A stretch of 64,000 bases of DNA from Octopus bimaculoides (taxonomy: Eukaryota), in assembly GCF_001194135.2 (NCBI RefSeq), contig NC_068981.1:104599087-104663086 (forward strand), read 5' to 3'. How positions within the stretch are numbered: position 1 is the stretch's first letter; every line of letters starts with the position of its first letter. The position numbers were made by a program, and so were the translations under genes. A model generated the notes under the pieces. It was not told the origin of the DNA. It saw nothing but the letters and a program-made list of their open reading frames with translations, and did not search any database. Below are positions 1 through 13,969 of this stretch, one piece after another.

Positions 1-228
1 TGGCACATAAAAGACACCATTTCGAGCGTGGCCGTTTTCGTGCGGGTGACACGTAAAAGCACCCACTACACTCTCTGAGTGGTTGGCGTTAGGAAGGGCA
101 TCCAGCTGTAGAAACTCTGCCAAATCAGACTGGAGCCTGGTGTTGCCATCCGGTTTCACCAGTCCTCAGTCAAATCGTCCAACCCATGCTAGCATGGAAA
201 GCGGACGTTAAACGATGATGATGATGAT
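1..228 (+). mobile_element. SINE-like repeat, family C, with (GAT)n tail (3' part)
   Basis: ttaggaagggcatccagctgtagaaactctgcc...caacccatgctagcatggaaagcggacgttaaacgatgatgat; near-identical copy at 25950. Confidence 0.85.
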
Positions 229-858
229 ATATAAGGGGTTCATTTAAGGACTTATTTTTTTTAAGAGTAAAAGTGCATGTTGTATTCTGTGTTAAACCAG
301 AATTTTCATAGCAAATTATACATCAATAACTATTATCAAAACTCTATCTCGTAGGACCTCTTAAGGCCAGAAATTAATTCAACACTGAACAGCTGCTTGT
401 TCTTTCTCTTCAAAGCACAATTACTATTCATATTAAAGTACTACTAACATTTGTGGAACAAAACTGACACATGCTCACATTCAGTTTACATAAAACTAAT
501 GAAGAAATCATCTAATATGCTGGCAAGTTTTCACTTACCAATACACTAACAATTAGCCCACTGTTTTGCTTTGTTTTTTTTCTCTCTGTCGTTTCTGTTT
601 CTCTGAACTTGTAATCAGTATCAGTATATTGCACTACTAAAAAGCCGATCTGATGCCCTCACCACATCTCTTCCTATCATCTTTATTTTCTCACTTCCTA
701 AACCTGCATTGAATATTTGGTTCAAGCCTTCATCCCCTTCTCTCTCATTCTTTTCCTTCAGGTGTCAGCTTTTAGAAATTCAAGTTAAACACGAATCACA
801 TTGAATGGTTTGTTAAAGTTACACACACACATACACGTTTGCACACTGTATTTTCTCA

Positions 859-1265
859 GGTGTAGGCATGGTTGTGTAATAAGAAGCTTGCTTCCCAACC
901 ACATAGTTCCATGTTCAGTCCCATTGCATGGCACTTTGGGCAAGTGTCTTCTACTACAGCCTCGGGCCAACCAAAGCATTGTGAGTGAATTTGGTAGAAG
1001 GAAACTGAAGGAAGCCTGTCATCTGTGTGTGTGTGTGTGTGTGTGTGTTTATGTGCTGTGTTTGTTCCCCCACCACCATCTCTTGAAAACTGATGTTGGT
1101 GGGTTTCTGTCCCCATAACTTAGCGGTTCAGCAAAAGAGACTGATAGAAAGAGATTAGGCTTACAAAGAATAAGACCTGAGGTCAATTTCTTCAATTAAA
1201 ACCCTTGAAAGCAGTGTTCCAGCATGGCCACAGTCAAATGACAAACAAGTAAAAGAATAAAAGAA
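859..1265 (+). mobile_element. tRNA-derived SINE, family A (CORE-like, OR2-like)
   Basis: tRNA-like head, cttgggcaagtgtctt CORE-like segment, internal (TG)n, tail caaatgacaaacaagtaaaaga; many copies in window. Confidence 0.85.
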
Positions 1266-2629
1266 TTAGTTTAAGTATTATATCTGTGTGTACTTGTTTA
1301 GCTGCAGGTTAGCCCAGATCAAGTAGACCTGTTTATGTTAACCTTTTAGCATTTAAATTTCTTTGTCAAACATATTGCTTATTTATTCACACATTAGTTT
1401 GTAGCTTCAAAATTTCAATGGTGCATTTGTATATTTTTAGAATGACATTGTAGAGTATGTATGAAAGGTTGGATTTGGTCAATTTTAGCATAAAACTGGT
1501 AGAATATTTGGACCAAACATGACTAGATTAAATGCCAAAGGGTTAATGACATTTCATCTGAGGCCATCTTGTTTCTATTTTTTTAAAGAGGCTAATATTT
1601 TTTTTTGTGTGTCTTCTTTTTTATGATGGTCAAATAATATGAAGGAAATTTGACTGCTTTTTTAGTAGCATGAGCTTTTATGTCAAAGCCCCTCTCATTG
1701 GCTTGATTTTGTGTACTTTTGTAGTTAGTTCTTTACGTTTATGTAATGCGTTTAAAGTTCACAATAATTGCATCAGTTTTGATAGCTCGCTAACAATGAT
1801 AAACTGTTGCTTAATCACCCCTGTCTTAGATTGATCTTTGGATAATGGAAGGCTGTGTAATATAAGAAAGCCAATTATTTTGCTTTAGAAAATAGGTGTT
1901 CTGTGGTTATAAAGGGAAGATTTTAATTTCATTATTTTTAGACTTTTTCAGAGCTCTGGATAGAACATTCCAGTCTTGGGAGGTCAATGTAGTCTGCATT
2001 TTTTCCTTGAAATATATAATGCTCCTTTGACAACATTGTATACTTTGTGTCATTGCCCACTGGTATTAATTAAATAAATGACTGAAATTAACTTTAGAAC
2101 ATAATTGGGTAAAAGATTGCCTAATGACAGGCTAAATTCTATAAGATACTTGATCTGATAAAAATGCTGTAAAATTGTCTTCAAATCACACTCTAATCTT
2201 TTTTTTTTAGAAAAAGACATAGAAGTTGTAGTTCAAACTACACTACGCCTAAAAGAAAAAAAAAATGGTGATAATGGCTGGAATGCCTTTCATCATAGTC
2301 TATACAATGCGGGCCAACTTGGAGCTAAACAATAATAAAAATTGTCAGTCTAAATGTAACTGAACATAAAACATGATTTAATTTTTGAAATAAGTACTTT
2401 CCTTAATTCGTAGTCATTGTATAATGTTTCTAAACATTGAAAAGCTGAAAATCATGAAAGATGAAATTCATAGCTCTGAAAACTTAAAAATATTGTTACA
2501 TAGCATATTGTAGTGCCTAAGTTTCAAAATATATCTGTGGTATTTATATAGGCTTTCAATGCATATGTCACAAATGTAGGATCATATCTAATTCTTTCTT
2601 ATCAACCACATTTTTTTTTATCCTGTCAT

Positions 2630-3250
2630 TCATAGCATTGAGGACTTTAACCTTAATGATGTCAAAGGTGACATTGATGATGAAGTTGATACCAAACTTA
2701 GGTGGGTGGGTGAGCAGTTCAGAAGCAGACATCAAAATCAGGAAGGCACAAGCATGAGCAGCATGCCACAAATTAAAGAAGGTCTGAAACCCCAAATTGC
2801 CCCAGCAAATGAAAATGAAGCTGTTCATTGCAACTGTCTAATTAGTGCTATTGTATGGCAGTGAAATTATCAAACGGGCTAGATGGCTGCTATACAAGGA
2901 TGCTATGAATGGCCCTACATGTGAAATGACAGCAACATATGACAAACGAATGCCTTTATGGAGACCTGCCGAAAGTTAGTGAGAAGATCAGGCAAAGACA
3001 GTTGTAACTATCTAGTCACTGCGTGAACCATCCTGGACTGGAAACATTCAAATTAGTCTTGTGGAATCCACTTCATGGTGATGTAAGAAGAGGAAAACGT
3101 TGTCACACTTACATTGACTGCTTAATCACAGACACTGGCCTAGAATGTATCCATGACCTCAAGGTGGTGGAGTTGAACCAAGAAGTGCTGCAGGTAGATT
3201 TTGTTGCTGCAGCCCAGGTTGGAGCTTATCCATAATAATAATAATAATAA
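2630..3250 (+). mobile_element. Decayed RTE-type LINE, 3' fragment
   Basis: Broken frame SSSEADIKIRKAQA*AACHKLKK, LDGCYTRML*MALHV, LYGDLPKVSEKIRQR, LVLWNPLHG; ends in (AAT)n. Confidence 0.75.
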
Positions 3251-4352
3251 TTTAGTATACCAGGAGAATAGTGCTATCATCATATTTCACTTTTCATTCT
3301 TCCTGTCCATTCTGCTTCCCTGCCTATTTTATAAAATGGATTGGAGAAACAAAATTATACTGAAACTCTGCAAAGATCTTTCTTCTGCAGTCCCAGGAAA
3401 TGCCTGGTTTCATAGACATATTGCTCTCTTATTTGAACATCAAACAAAATGCCATTTGGTATTTGTGTAGACTCTTTAACTTCTGACTTGAAATTGTACC
3501 TAGAGCAACTTTGCCTTTCACCCTTTCAGGGTCAATAAAGTAAAGTATCATTCATATACTGAAACCAAGTTAATAGGCCAATGCATCCGCCTAGATTTGT
3601 GGCCTTGCCAATGTTAGAAATTTCTATTGCTCTTTTATAGACATGTCATTTTGTAATTGCTAACTGCTTCAGACTGTGGTCATGAATTGTGCTTCTCAAA
3701 TGTCAAGATGGTGTTTTACTTTCACTAAATGTTGAGTATATTTCAATCTGTTGAATATATAATTGGAATATAATGAACAAAATGGTTGTAAATAACTGTA
3801 ACTACATCACAATATTAGATGCAGCAGTTATTTGCTAAAGAGAAGGCTTTGAAGAGACCAGAGAAGATAAATGATGAGAGGAAAAAGATTATGTGGCATA
3901 ATGAGAATAGAGAATACATGTATACAAAAGTTTTATGAGCTGGTCATTTTGGTGGAAAAGATTGGTTCAGGATGACATTGTATGAGATAGATACATACTA
4001 CCTGGGGTAGACATGGCTTTCTTTTTTTTGGTGTGTGTGTAACCATTAGGTTTCTACTTTCAAACCTGTATTTTCAAATACTTATTGTGATTCTTCTCTA
4101 ATGTTATTCTGAAGTTTCTAAAATAAGGCGTAATTTAAAAGGATTTATGAGCAAGTCAGTATAATGAACTTGTATAAGAATGCTATTGCTGAGAATAATC
4201 CTCATTAATGTCTACCCATATGAAAATCAGTTGATCATGATAAAAGAATAAAACCTAAAGCAGAAAATACTTTAAATTTGAGATATAATTAATATTCTAT
4301 TATTAACTGTATTTAAATCTTATATAATGTTAAATGTTTGTTTGCTTTGAAG

Positions 4353-4468
4353 ATCAAAAGAAGTTGAATGGATGCCATATTTCACCCAAAAGTTGGTTGA
4401 CGATTTCGCTTCTCATATTCGGTTATATAGGAGGGCAAATGAAAAATTTAAAAGCCTCCTTAAAGATG
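4353..4468 (+). CDS. SNX13: SNX13 internal exon (PXA domain)
   Basis: ttgaag|...|gtaagt; phase 2->1; SKEVEWMPYFTQKLVDDFASHIRLYRRANEKFKSLLKD resembles recalled human SNX13 RSKEIDWQPYFTTRIVDDFGTHLRVFRKA. Confidence 0.93.
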
Positions 4469-5366
4469 GTAAGTTCTCATCCCATAATTTTATTTTTATA
4501 TGTATAAATAGACATGCATACACTTATATCTTATTAAAACATTAACTGCCTTTTCTGTTGTGAGGCAAGTAAAGTTGTCTTGCTCAGAAATGTGCTACAA
4601 TTGCTGTTGTAAGTTTGCAGTTAGGACCATGCTGTCATACCTACCTGCAACTTACATGCTGTCAATAGTCTACTACCTACACAGCTATTGTGCCGTTATA
4701 TATTAATTTATTTAATATGCAGATCTCTTTGTAAATGGCCAGAAACTGCTGAAGGCTTCAGATGAGTGTAAATGAAACTACTCTTACACTTATACATAAT
4801 GTTACCTGTATTTATATAATCAGTTGTATAGTTTCCAAGGGAATTGGGTTCTATTATTTTCTTTTGTTCACCACATCTTAAATTATAATATCAATGAATG
4901 TTAATATTGCGAACTCAGAAGCACATTTTCTTGGAAGAGTATTCCCTGCTCAACATTGTAATCACATAGGCATGCACATGTTCCTTTGTGGGTGCAAGTA
5001 CAGATATGTGATGAAGAAGTTCATTTAATAATACCACGGTTCTGGGTTTGATCCCACTACATTACACATTGTCTTTTATCTAAAGCATCAAATTGATGCC
5101 TTGTGAGTAAAATTTGGTAATAGAAAACTGAAAAAGCTCATCAGTTATAACTAGTAAATTGTGTCTTATTCTCCCCTTCCTCACCCCACCAGTTTCAGAG
5201 GCCATGCAAAGGTTACAGACTGTGCCCTTCTTCCTCTGACTAAACCAGAAAAAATCAAAATAAAGTTAGTCAATATTTGAATTTGTTGTCAGGGAATAAT
5301 CTGTATTGTTCTTGTGTTCTTTCAAATTCTTTTTCTATATAACAATTGTGAGTTTTGTTGTTGTAG

Positions 5367-5468
5367 ATAATGTTAATCCCGATATAGAAAGCATATTTTT
5401 TGACCTAGAAGTGGAGATGGAAAAAATGTGTCGAGATACAACTATTACATCAACTGAGCATGAGCACC
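5367..5468 (+). CDS. SNX13: SNX13 exon (PXA)
   Basis: ttgtag|...|gtgagt; phase 1->1; DNVNPDIESIFFDLEVEMEKMCRDTTITSTEHEH (human TFFEVEVEMEKEVCRD). Confidence 0.93.
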
Positions 5469-5699
5469 GTGAGTATTTTACTTTTCTGTTTCTTCTTTGA
5501 ATTTTTGCTGAAAATGTTTCTCTACAAATATTGTGTGATTTTGTCCAGTCAGTTGAAAGAGCACCTATATCTTAGTATATTACTGATACACATTATTTTG
5601 AATGTCACTCCTTTTGGAGGGATGAAATGTAAAAGTAGCTATTCCAGGATTTGAACTCAGAGTAAACAGGTATGAAACTCATTAAAGTTTTGTTATTGT

Positions 5700-6248
5700 T
5701 TAGTTCTGGGCTAGTCAGATCTGCTGAACGTGAAGGCCAGTTGACATTGCCATAGCAGAAGAGTATTCTCTTTCCAAAGCACTGCCGTAGCAACTGCATT
5801 GTTTTTTTTGCGGTATGAACAGTTGCCCCATCTTGCTGGAACCATGTGTGAGGTCTATTTTGACTGGCCTTCATGTTCCCCAGACTTGACTAGCCCAGAT
5901 TTTTTCTTGTGGGGATTCCTGAAAGAGAGGGTTTATGCTAACAAACCGGAGACCTTGGTGCAACTGAAGGAGAACATCAATAGAAAAATCAGAGAAGTGG
6001 GGTCTGAAACTCTTGAGGGTGTTATGGTGCAAGTTTTGGAAAGAGCACAGGCGTGCAAAGCCAAAATTGGCTGCCATTTAAGCTATGTCATTTTTCTTAT
6101 GTGATGTAGTGGTTTTGCAAAATTTGAATCATGCATATTAATTTCCGTTATGTCCTTTGCATTGTATCAAACTATCATGCATTTATTTGTAAAGTTATGG
6201 AAGTTATTTAAAATTGAAACCCATCAGTGACTTTTGGGACATCTTGTA
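5700..6248. mobile_element. Tc1/mariner DD41D (rosa-like) fragment with inverted segment
   Basis: Minus strand WFQQDGATVHT...WPSRSADLTSP; plus strand WPSCSPDLTSPDFFLWGFLKERVY; 41 residues between last two Asp when joined; right TIR acttttgggacatcttg+TA. Confidence 0.85.
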
Positions 6249-6959
6249 TATTATTAATAATCTTTTCCATTATTTACTACCACTTTTCCATTATTGACTA
6301 CCGCATTGTAAAAACTCTACTGTATTTTCAATTATACCTCAAGAAATTATTTCAATTATATCTCAAGAAATGAGAATCACAATAAATATACTTTTCATAA
6401 ATCAATATACTATGCAAAAATAACATTTCCATCCACCTTATCTATTTTGAAATGCGTTCAAGTTATATCTTTAGCCTCTAAAAAGACTTTCCCTCAACTT
6501 GATGAATAAGCTGCAAGAATTTTTGAAGGATTGTTCATGTTCTATGCTCTCTATCCTGAGTGGACACCTCTACATGGTTGCTCAGAATACAAGAAATAGT
6601 AGCTAAATTTTCTTCAGATCCTTAATAAAAAAAATAGGGTACATTGGATACACTGTCTGAAATGAAGAGGGGATTATTGTAGGATTGAATATATTTGATC
6701 ACAGGTTTGTTTGTTCTGGGTTTACCTAGGCAGCTTAAGAGACAACTACAGCTGCAATATTTTCATTTTTTCTTTTGTTTTCTCTGTTTACTTTTCTATT
6801 CTTTATTCCCATGTACAGAAAATATGCAATATGTTTATATAAGAAATAATGATGTTGTCAGTGTCATGAGAGATAACTAATATAGTTTTGAGTTAAATGC
6901 CTGTCTTGTAATATAGTTCAAATGTTGCTGTGCTTTACTCACCTACCAACTAGGCATTT

Positions 6960-7295
6960 ACTAGGCTATTCAGTCAAACAATAAAGAGTCCCTTTAGTTA
7001 TGAACGACCATGGGATTGCTCCTAGAAAGTTCCCCTCTGAGGCACAAGTCTGGGCAATGTTGTTTATGCATACCAACCTCTCCTCTTCACACCACTGTTA
7101 TCCAAGGGAAAAGCAAAGGCTGATTCAGTTTGGCACCAGTGATGTTGCAACTCATTTCTATAGCTGAATGAACTAGAGTAATGTGAAATAAAGTGTTTTG
7201 CTCAAGAGCACAACACACAGCCTGGTCCTGGAATCGAACTCACTATCACATGATTGTGAACCTGATGCTTTAACCACTGTGCAATGCACCTTCAC
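6960..7295 (-). mobile_element. tRNA-derived SINE (family D-like)
   Basis: Reverse strand shows A box cacagtggttaaag and B box gagttcgattcc, then SINE body. Confidence 0.7.
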
Positions 7296-7757
7296 TATTG
7301 TTCTATAAATTTGTAATTTTTTTGTATCAATACAAGAAATCAGAGGTTATAGTGAAGGTGGTATGGTCATGCAAAGTATAACCTATATATGGAGTTGGAG
7401 AGAGAAGTGGAAGAAAGCTCTTAACTGAACCTCACAGCTTTTCTTGTGCTGGTTTACAATGAAGATACTGGCATGGGTTGGATATACTGTCAAAGACTGA
7501 AACAGTTCTTATTTAGAATTACTGGTCTCATAGAGAGTTAGAGAGCACTGCTTGCTCATATGTTCTATTTTTTTTTATGGTTTCTATAGCAGGATGTTCT
7601 TTCTGTCACCAACTGCTTTATACTGTGTATTAGGTACATTTTATTGTCACATCTGCACTAGAGAGATTATCTTGTCCTCCCCTCACCTCCTCACATAGCA
7701 AGACTAAAGAACTTTTCTGTATGTCATGGTCTGTTTACCAGCATCAGAAAGAAGGAA

Positions 7758-7788
<31 letters not shown>

Positions 7789-8119
7789 GTGTGTGTGTGT
7801 GTGTGTGTGTAATAGAAGAAGAGAGAATGTCATTACCGTCATCATTTTAATGTCTTTTTTTCATGCTTGTGCAGGTTGGACAGAATTTGTTGAGGTAGAT
7901 TTTCTATAGACTGATGCCCTTCATATCGCTAACCTTCATCTGTTTCCTAGTAAGGTAATATTTCCACACAACCAGACATATTTTTTCAGAAGATTAGAAA
8001 CAAAGGACACTACATGCATCATGATGACACTCGTTTGCAACTATTTTGTGATGTCAAAGTAAGGAGGTAGTAACATGCACACACGTATACATACATATAT
8101 ACACAACAATGTAGCATTC

Positions 8120-8355
8120 CATCGGTTACGGGGACAAGGGTTCCAGTTGATCCAAACAACAGAACAGCCTGCTTGTGAAATTAACATGTAAGTGACTGAA
8201 AGAGTACAGCAGGGTTTGCCACCACTACCTGCTGGAGCTTTGTGGAGCTTTAGGTGTTTTCACTCAATAAACACTCACAATGCCCAGTCTGGGAATCGAA
8301 ACTGCGATCCTACAACCGCGAGTCCGCTGCCCTAACCACTGGGCCATTGTGCCTC
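8120..8355 (-). mobile_element. tRNA-derived SINE (family D)
   Basis: Reverse complement ggaggcacaatggcccagtggttagggcagcggactcgcggttgtaggatcgcagtttcgattccc. Confidence 0.8.
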
Positions 8356-8589
8356 CCCACATACACAATACAACAGGCCTTTTTCAGTTTCTGCCTGTCA
8401 AATCTACTCACAAGGCTTTGGTTGGCCTGGAGCTATATTAGAAGACACTTGCCCAGTACTACACTGTACGATTGATCCTGGAACCATTTAGATGTGAAAT
8501 AAACTTCTTACCAAACAGCCATACCTGCAGTCATAGTTCTAAAACAAAAAATAATATACTTCTGCTCAAACCAATAGAGATGGATTAAA

Positions 8590-8810
8590 ATATTGGTTTC
8601 AAATTTTGGCACAAAGCCAGCAATTTCGGAGCATAGGGTAAGTCGGTTACATCAAGCCCAGTGTCAACTGGTACTTATTTTATTGACCCCAAAAGGATGA
8701 AAGGCAAAGTTGACCCAAGCAGCATTTGAACTTAACAATATACAATTTAGAGAAATGTTTCTAAGCATTTTTGCAAGGGCAGTAATGATTCTTCCAGCTT
8801 GATGCTTTTG
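8590..8810 (-). mobile_element. SINE family B
   Basis: tattgaccccaaaaggatgaaaggcaaagttgac core, reverse of the ctttgcctttcatcctttcggggtc motif. Confidence 0.8.
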
Positions 8811-9043
8811 ATGGATTAAAATATTGAAAGATGCTCTATTGTGCACCATTCCAGCCTATGCTGAATTAGAAATCTCAAACAAAACTCTGCCACTTTCCTC
8901 ATCGTCACATCCACGACCATCATAGTCACTGTTGTGATCATCATTTGTTGTTTTTTTCTGTATATATTATGTTATATTATCTATTTCTGAATTAAATAAT
9001 TGGGATGTTACACTAATATGAACTCTTTTAATTTTACTTCCAG

Positions 9044-9132
9044 GATATTTAAGAAACCTTTCTGAAGTTTTATTATATTTACTTTTACCAAAAGAAGATT
9101 TTCAAAATAAATCATTTAGATATATTATTAGA
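9044..9132 (+). CDS. SNX13: SNX13 exon (PXA)
   Basis: ttccag|...|gtaagt; phase 1->0; RYLRNLSEVLLYLLLPKEDFQNKSFRYIIR (human FLRDLCEVLLYLLLPPGDFQNK). Confidence 0.95.
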
Positions 9133-9671
9133 GTAAGTAAGTTTGAAAGTAGTTTCAGTATTATTTTTAATTTTTTAATTTTTGTTATGAACTTCATTTT
9201 CTCTCTACTTTCAATTTATCTCTATTTCCTATTTTCTGATTTTATCTTTTCCTCAAATTTTTCTGTTTTATGATAATGTTATAAATTTGTATGCCCTGCA
9301 AAAAATTTTAGATCTGAAGTAGACATTAACTAGGATTATTTAATTTTCTTTATGCAATGTTAGTATTAAAGATCATTCCTATTTTAGTTTGTTTTTAAGA
9401 TAGAGCTCAAGAACATTTTGCCACCAACGATGAATGGTGTCCTTTTAGTTAATGCAATCCTGCACTAAAACCTTGTAATTCAAATAGAATGCAAAAGGAC
9501 TAATAGTTCAACTAATAACTTTTCAGATGATGTAAGACTTGCCATTATTATATACTAAGAAGATATTGTAACTATTTTTTTGTTTTTTATGTGTGCATGG
9601 TAGTCTCATTTTCATAAAATGTACTCAGCGTCCATGCTATATAAGTGCAAATCCCAGCACTTTATGGGTTA

Positions 9672-9731
9672 ATCAGTTAAATACAGAAGCTATAGGTGGA
9701 TATCAGTTAGATACAGAAGCTATAGGTGGAT
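9672..9731. repeat. 30-bp tandem duplication
   Basis: atcagtta(a/g)atacagaagctataggtggat x2, one mismatch. Confidence 0.95.
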
Positions 9732-10435
9732 TAGGAAAGTATTAACTGTTAATTTAAAATACAAAATTGTTTTCAGTCACCTTGTACCTTTTATTCACTC
9801 CCAAACTCAGTGGGCTTGTTTTTAGAGAAGTTTCACTTTTTGAATGTTGTAAATGAATGAAGAATAGTGCCATTGGTTTTGTTTTTATTCCATTTATCAA
9901 TCTCAAGAGAGTGATATTTCTATAAATTGTTCATACTGCTGGTATTAAGGTTTCAAAATTGTGGTTATCATTTCTTCTTGTTGATGAAAATCATTTCCTC
10001 CTGCTTTTCACCAATCAACATTGTCATTACTGCTGGAAATGTGAAGTTGTTTTCAAGTTATTTCCTAATTGAGAAGATACCTAGTCTTATTTACTGGATC
10101 TAAAGATGGGCCATGTTAATATAAAAATCTGTGTGAAAGATATCCAAGAAAGTAGATTTTAAAAGCTTTGCTTGGTGTATGATTTGAGTGACATCTACGT
10201 TCATACAGACGTATGATATAAATACTTGATGGAAATGTATCATGAGTTCAGAGAGGAAGAAACTAAAGAAAGAGAGCAAGAAGAGTCCTGAACAAGTATT
10301 TTTAGATTAGATCTCACTGGGCCTCTTAGGTGAAATGATATAAAATCAAAATGTATGTATGACAGTTTTGTGGTTGGTGAGAAGATTTATGTTGTTGCAA
10401 TGTAGTGAGCGATCCCAAAATATGATATGAAATAT

Positions 10436-10640
10436 CATCATGATCCTTTAATGTCCGTTTTCCATGCTGGCATGGGTTGGACTGTTTGATCAGAGCTGGC
10501 AAGCAGGAGAGCTACACTAGGTTCCAGTCTGATTTGGCTTGGTTTCTATGACAAGATGCCTTTCTTAATTCCAACTACTTAACAGTCTGTGCTGGGTGCT
10601 TTTAACATGGCACTGGCACAGGTCTCTTGCCGGACAATCT
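10436..10640 (-). mobile_element. Family C repeat, reverse
   Basis: atcatcatg...tttaatgtccgttttccatgctggcatgggttgga is the reverse of the family C tail. Confidence 0.75.
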
Positions 10641-12234
10641 TCTTTATCAGGAGTAGCAGCATTAGCACTTCTGCTGTGAAGTTTAAATGTTGTAAAACTA
10701 CATTTAAAAACACTAATGGTTATAATTATCTTACTGGTAATTAGTAGTGCTTCTAAGAATGTAATCCAACCACAATATTACAGAAGGTATGCTAACTTTT
10801 TTACTGTATTCAATTATGTGTTTCCAATGGAGACTTAAGTTTTCAAGTTAAGTGTCATAAGATGTCTTGGAAATATAAATTCATACAAATTGAGAAAGTC
10901 CATACTTAAATTAGAGTTGTTCTATATTGAAAATGTGACATATTGAAAGCTGTCACTTAGAAAATGTTTGTCTTTTTAATGGTTCTCATGTAACTTAGTG
11001 TTATAACATCTCAGTAATCTGCCAAAGTATTTTTGACTGGCTGTTGATAGCTTGCATCTGAAGGTGTCCAACCAAAGCCAGGTACTTTAATTTCTCTCAT
11101 CTCTCAGTTATGTGTTTTTACTTTGACTTACAAATTCAAATTTGTTAATTTGTTTCTGTTGAAAACCTCTCTTTCTATGAATGCCTGACTTTGTTTCTAT
11201 TTTCACATTAGCTATTTGAAGGTGTGTTTTCAAACTTTTCTCTGCTGGCATATTGTTTAGTAACAAAGGTGTGTGTCAGTTGAGTCATTTGATTGAAAAG
11301 TTGTTTCGTAAAGGTGTGAGGATATTATATTTCACTTGATTGTAACAAACTTTCATTTTGTTTGGTAACGACTTGTTATATTTCCTTAATAGTGATGTCT
11401 GTGACATAAATGGAGAGCCAAATAGATAAAAAGAAATTGAGTTCAATCTGTGGATGCAACACAATTTTTACGAATGGGTATAGATTATAGTGTATTGTGT
11501 TGTTAGGCTTTAACTGCAGCCCTGTTTAGCAACACCATTTACTCCATGACTGCCTTTAGTGGCCTCTGTTACAAGCATTCAAGAATGAACTCCTTGTTAC
11601 ATCCACATTTTTCCCATAGTTATCCAAGTTGGTTGTCAGTTGTGGAAGGGCCTTCAATCATAGCAGTTGTAGAGGGCCTGCAAATTCAGGAGCACTTCAC
11701 TTTTTCCCTTGACTAACTCATAAAAACAATTGCCTGTATCCTTATGTACAACACTTGCTGGAATAGAAAAATGATATAACAGATGATTTGAAATTGTAAA
11801 TATACCATAAATGTACTGCTGGAGAAAAAAATCAGCCTTACATTTCAGAGCTTTTAGTTTTATAACATTTTAGTTGTATGTAATATTAATTTTTTAAGAT
11901 GGCACAAGGCCACTGGTTTGTAGAGGAGAGGCATAGTCAGTTGAATAAATCTAGTAGATACCTGGTGCTGGGACTTAACAATTGCAGTAGGATGAAAGGG
12001 GAAATTCATGATTCCAACTGAATTGTTAGAAGAAAATGGGTTGAAGTGGAAGGGAGAGTTGCAGTTTATATTGTGTAAAGGCTTTTATTCCTGTATTTTA
12101 TTGACTCTATCATTTTAACCTCCCTTATCTTATATAATATTGAAGGGCATATTGAGAGATGAGCTTGCAGATTTTTTTCTTTCAAATTTCAACTTTTATA
12201 AAGATTTCATTTGTGCATCTTTTCTCATTCACAG

Positions 12235-12318
12235 GAAGTGTTAGTAAATGAAATATTTATACCAGCTGTAGATTTATTATCTGACCCAGATTATATTAAT
12301 CAAAGCCTGTCATGGCTG
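12235..12318 (+). CDS. SNX13: SNX13 exon (PXA end)
   Basis: tcacag|...|gtaagt; phase 0->0; EVLVNEIFIPAVDLLSDPDYINQSLSWL (conserved LSDPDYINQ). Confidence 0.95.
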
Positions 12319-12874
12319 GTAAGTAGTCACTTATTCAACTTCATAAACTAGATTATCTTCCATTTTGTAGCAGCTGTTAATTTAATGGTGTTGACACAGT
12401 TACTGTATAGCATAAGCCCTTCAACATAGACCTTTTATTTTCCCACAGAATAATTGAATTTAATGATCGTGTTCTACATGCTCAAATTATTTATACTAAC
12501 AATTCAAAGTAAAATCTGCTTAATATTCAAAATAGTTCCATTGATACTAGTGTTAGATAATTCATGTAAAAATGTGAAGAAAGCACTGAAGGCAGAGTAC
12601 ATACACGATTGTCACTGTCATTGTTTTAATACACTTTTCCATACTTGCACAAATCAGATGAAATTTGAGGCAGATTTCCTATAGTCAGATGCTTCTCCCA
12701 TCATAAACCATATCTTGTTTCCAAGCAAGGTGATATTTTCCCTTAGTTTGAACTTCTTTTTCATGGAATATAGCATACAACAGCACCATTTGTATGATAG
12801 TGATGTTTGTGACCTTAAAACAAGGAGATCTGTGCACATGCACACACTCACTTGCATGCATACATACACAAAGG

Positions 12875-13033
12875 TTTCTTTCCAGAATCTGTTTGTTAAA
12901 TTTACTCACAAGACTCCACTTGGCCCTCGGTTATACAGAAGACACTTTCTCGAGGTGCTATGCAGTGGGATTGAAATTGAAATCATGTAGCTGCAAAGCA
13001 AACTTTTTAATCATACAGCCTTACTTTCACCTA
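12875..13033 (-). mobile_element. SINE family A, partial
   Basis: tttactcacaagactccacttggccctcggttatacagaagacactt. Confidence 0.7.
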
Positions 13034-13674
13034 TTGTAGGACAACAGAGGAAATTAGCGAATGTTTGTAATCACTTTGAAAATAATTTTTTCCCACTCTA
13101 AAGTGAGCTTGTAAAGATCACCTTAAATATCAAGAGGACCAGGGTGAAAGAGAATATCAAGCATAGCAAGCTAACAACATTGGTGTAAGTGCACCACAGT
13201 TTGAAGTACTTTTTGTTAACAAAAGATTAATAAGAATCACCAAAGTGTGAATTAATTGAAGCTCACAAAAATAAGTCTTACTTTAAATACACACGTACTT
13301 GAAATATTGAAATTATGGAAGGGCAACTATTTATTTATCCATTGTTATAAACAGTTGTCTGAATTTTCACAAGTGATATCAGCTTAGGAGTAATGTTGGG
13401 TATTGTAATGCTTATGCTTTTTCAGCTGTATTAAAATAAAAAGTTTGTGAACTAAAATAGTCACAATTATGAATTAAATTCTGGTCACACACTCATTTTG
13501 CCAGAAGATTATCTCCAATATTATTTTGGTATTCATAATATGCTAGCCTATGCTAGCCTTGAAAAGAGTCATTCACAATGTATTTGTTGTGTTGTTTAAT
13601 CAACCAGCATAAATGGGCCCATAATTATGATAATGAGTCGTAAAAAAGTAATAGGTAAATTTTTTCATTCAAAT

Positions 13675-13855
13675 AGATGTGGGCATGGCTATATGGTAAG
13701 AATTTTGCTTCCCAGCTTCCTAAGCACATGAGTTCAAGTTCAGTTCCACTGCATGGCACCTTGGGCAAGTGTCTTCTACAATAGCCCCTACTGAACAAAG
13801 CCTTGTGAGTGGATTTGGTTGAATGAAACTGAAAGAAGCCCATCAAATATATATA

Positions 13856-13920
<65 letters not shown>

Positions 13921-13933
13921 GTGNNNNNNNNNN

Positions 13934-13969
<36 letters not shown>

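Noticed and set aside
229-4352. Search for the preceding SNX13 PXA exon; strong acceptor at 761
   Set aside because: No matching frame found; all frames after the 761 acceptor stop quickly. The exon is probably upstream of the window.
8290-8355. tRNA-like A and B boxes (also near 7220-7290 and family A/B heads)
   Set aside because: They continue into SINE bodies and lack a complete cloverleaf; SINE heads, not tRNA genes.
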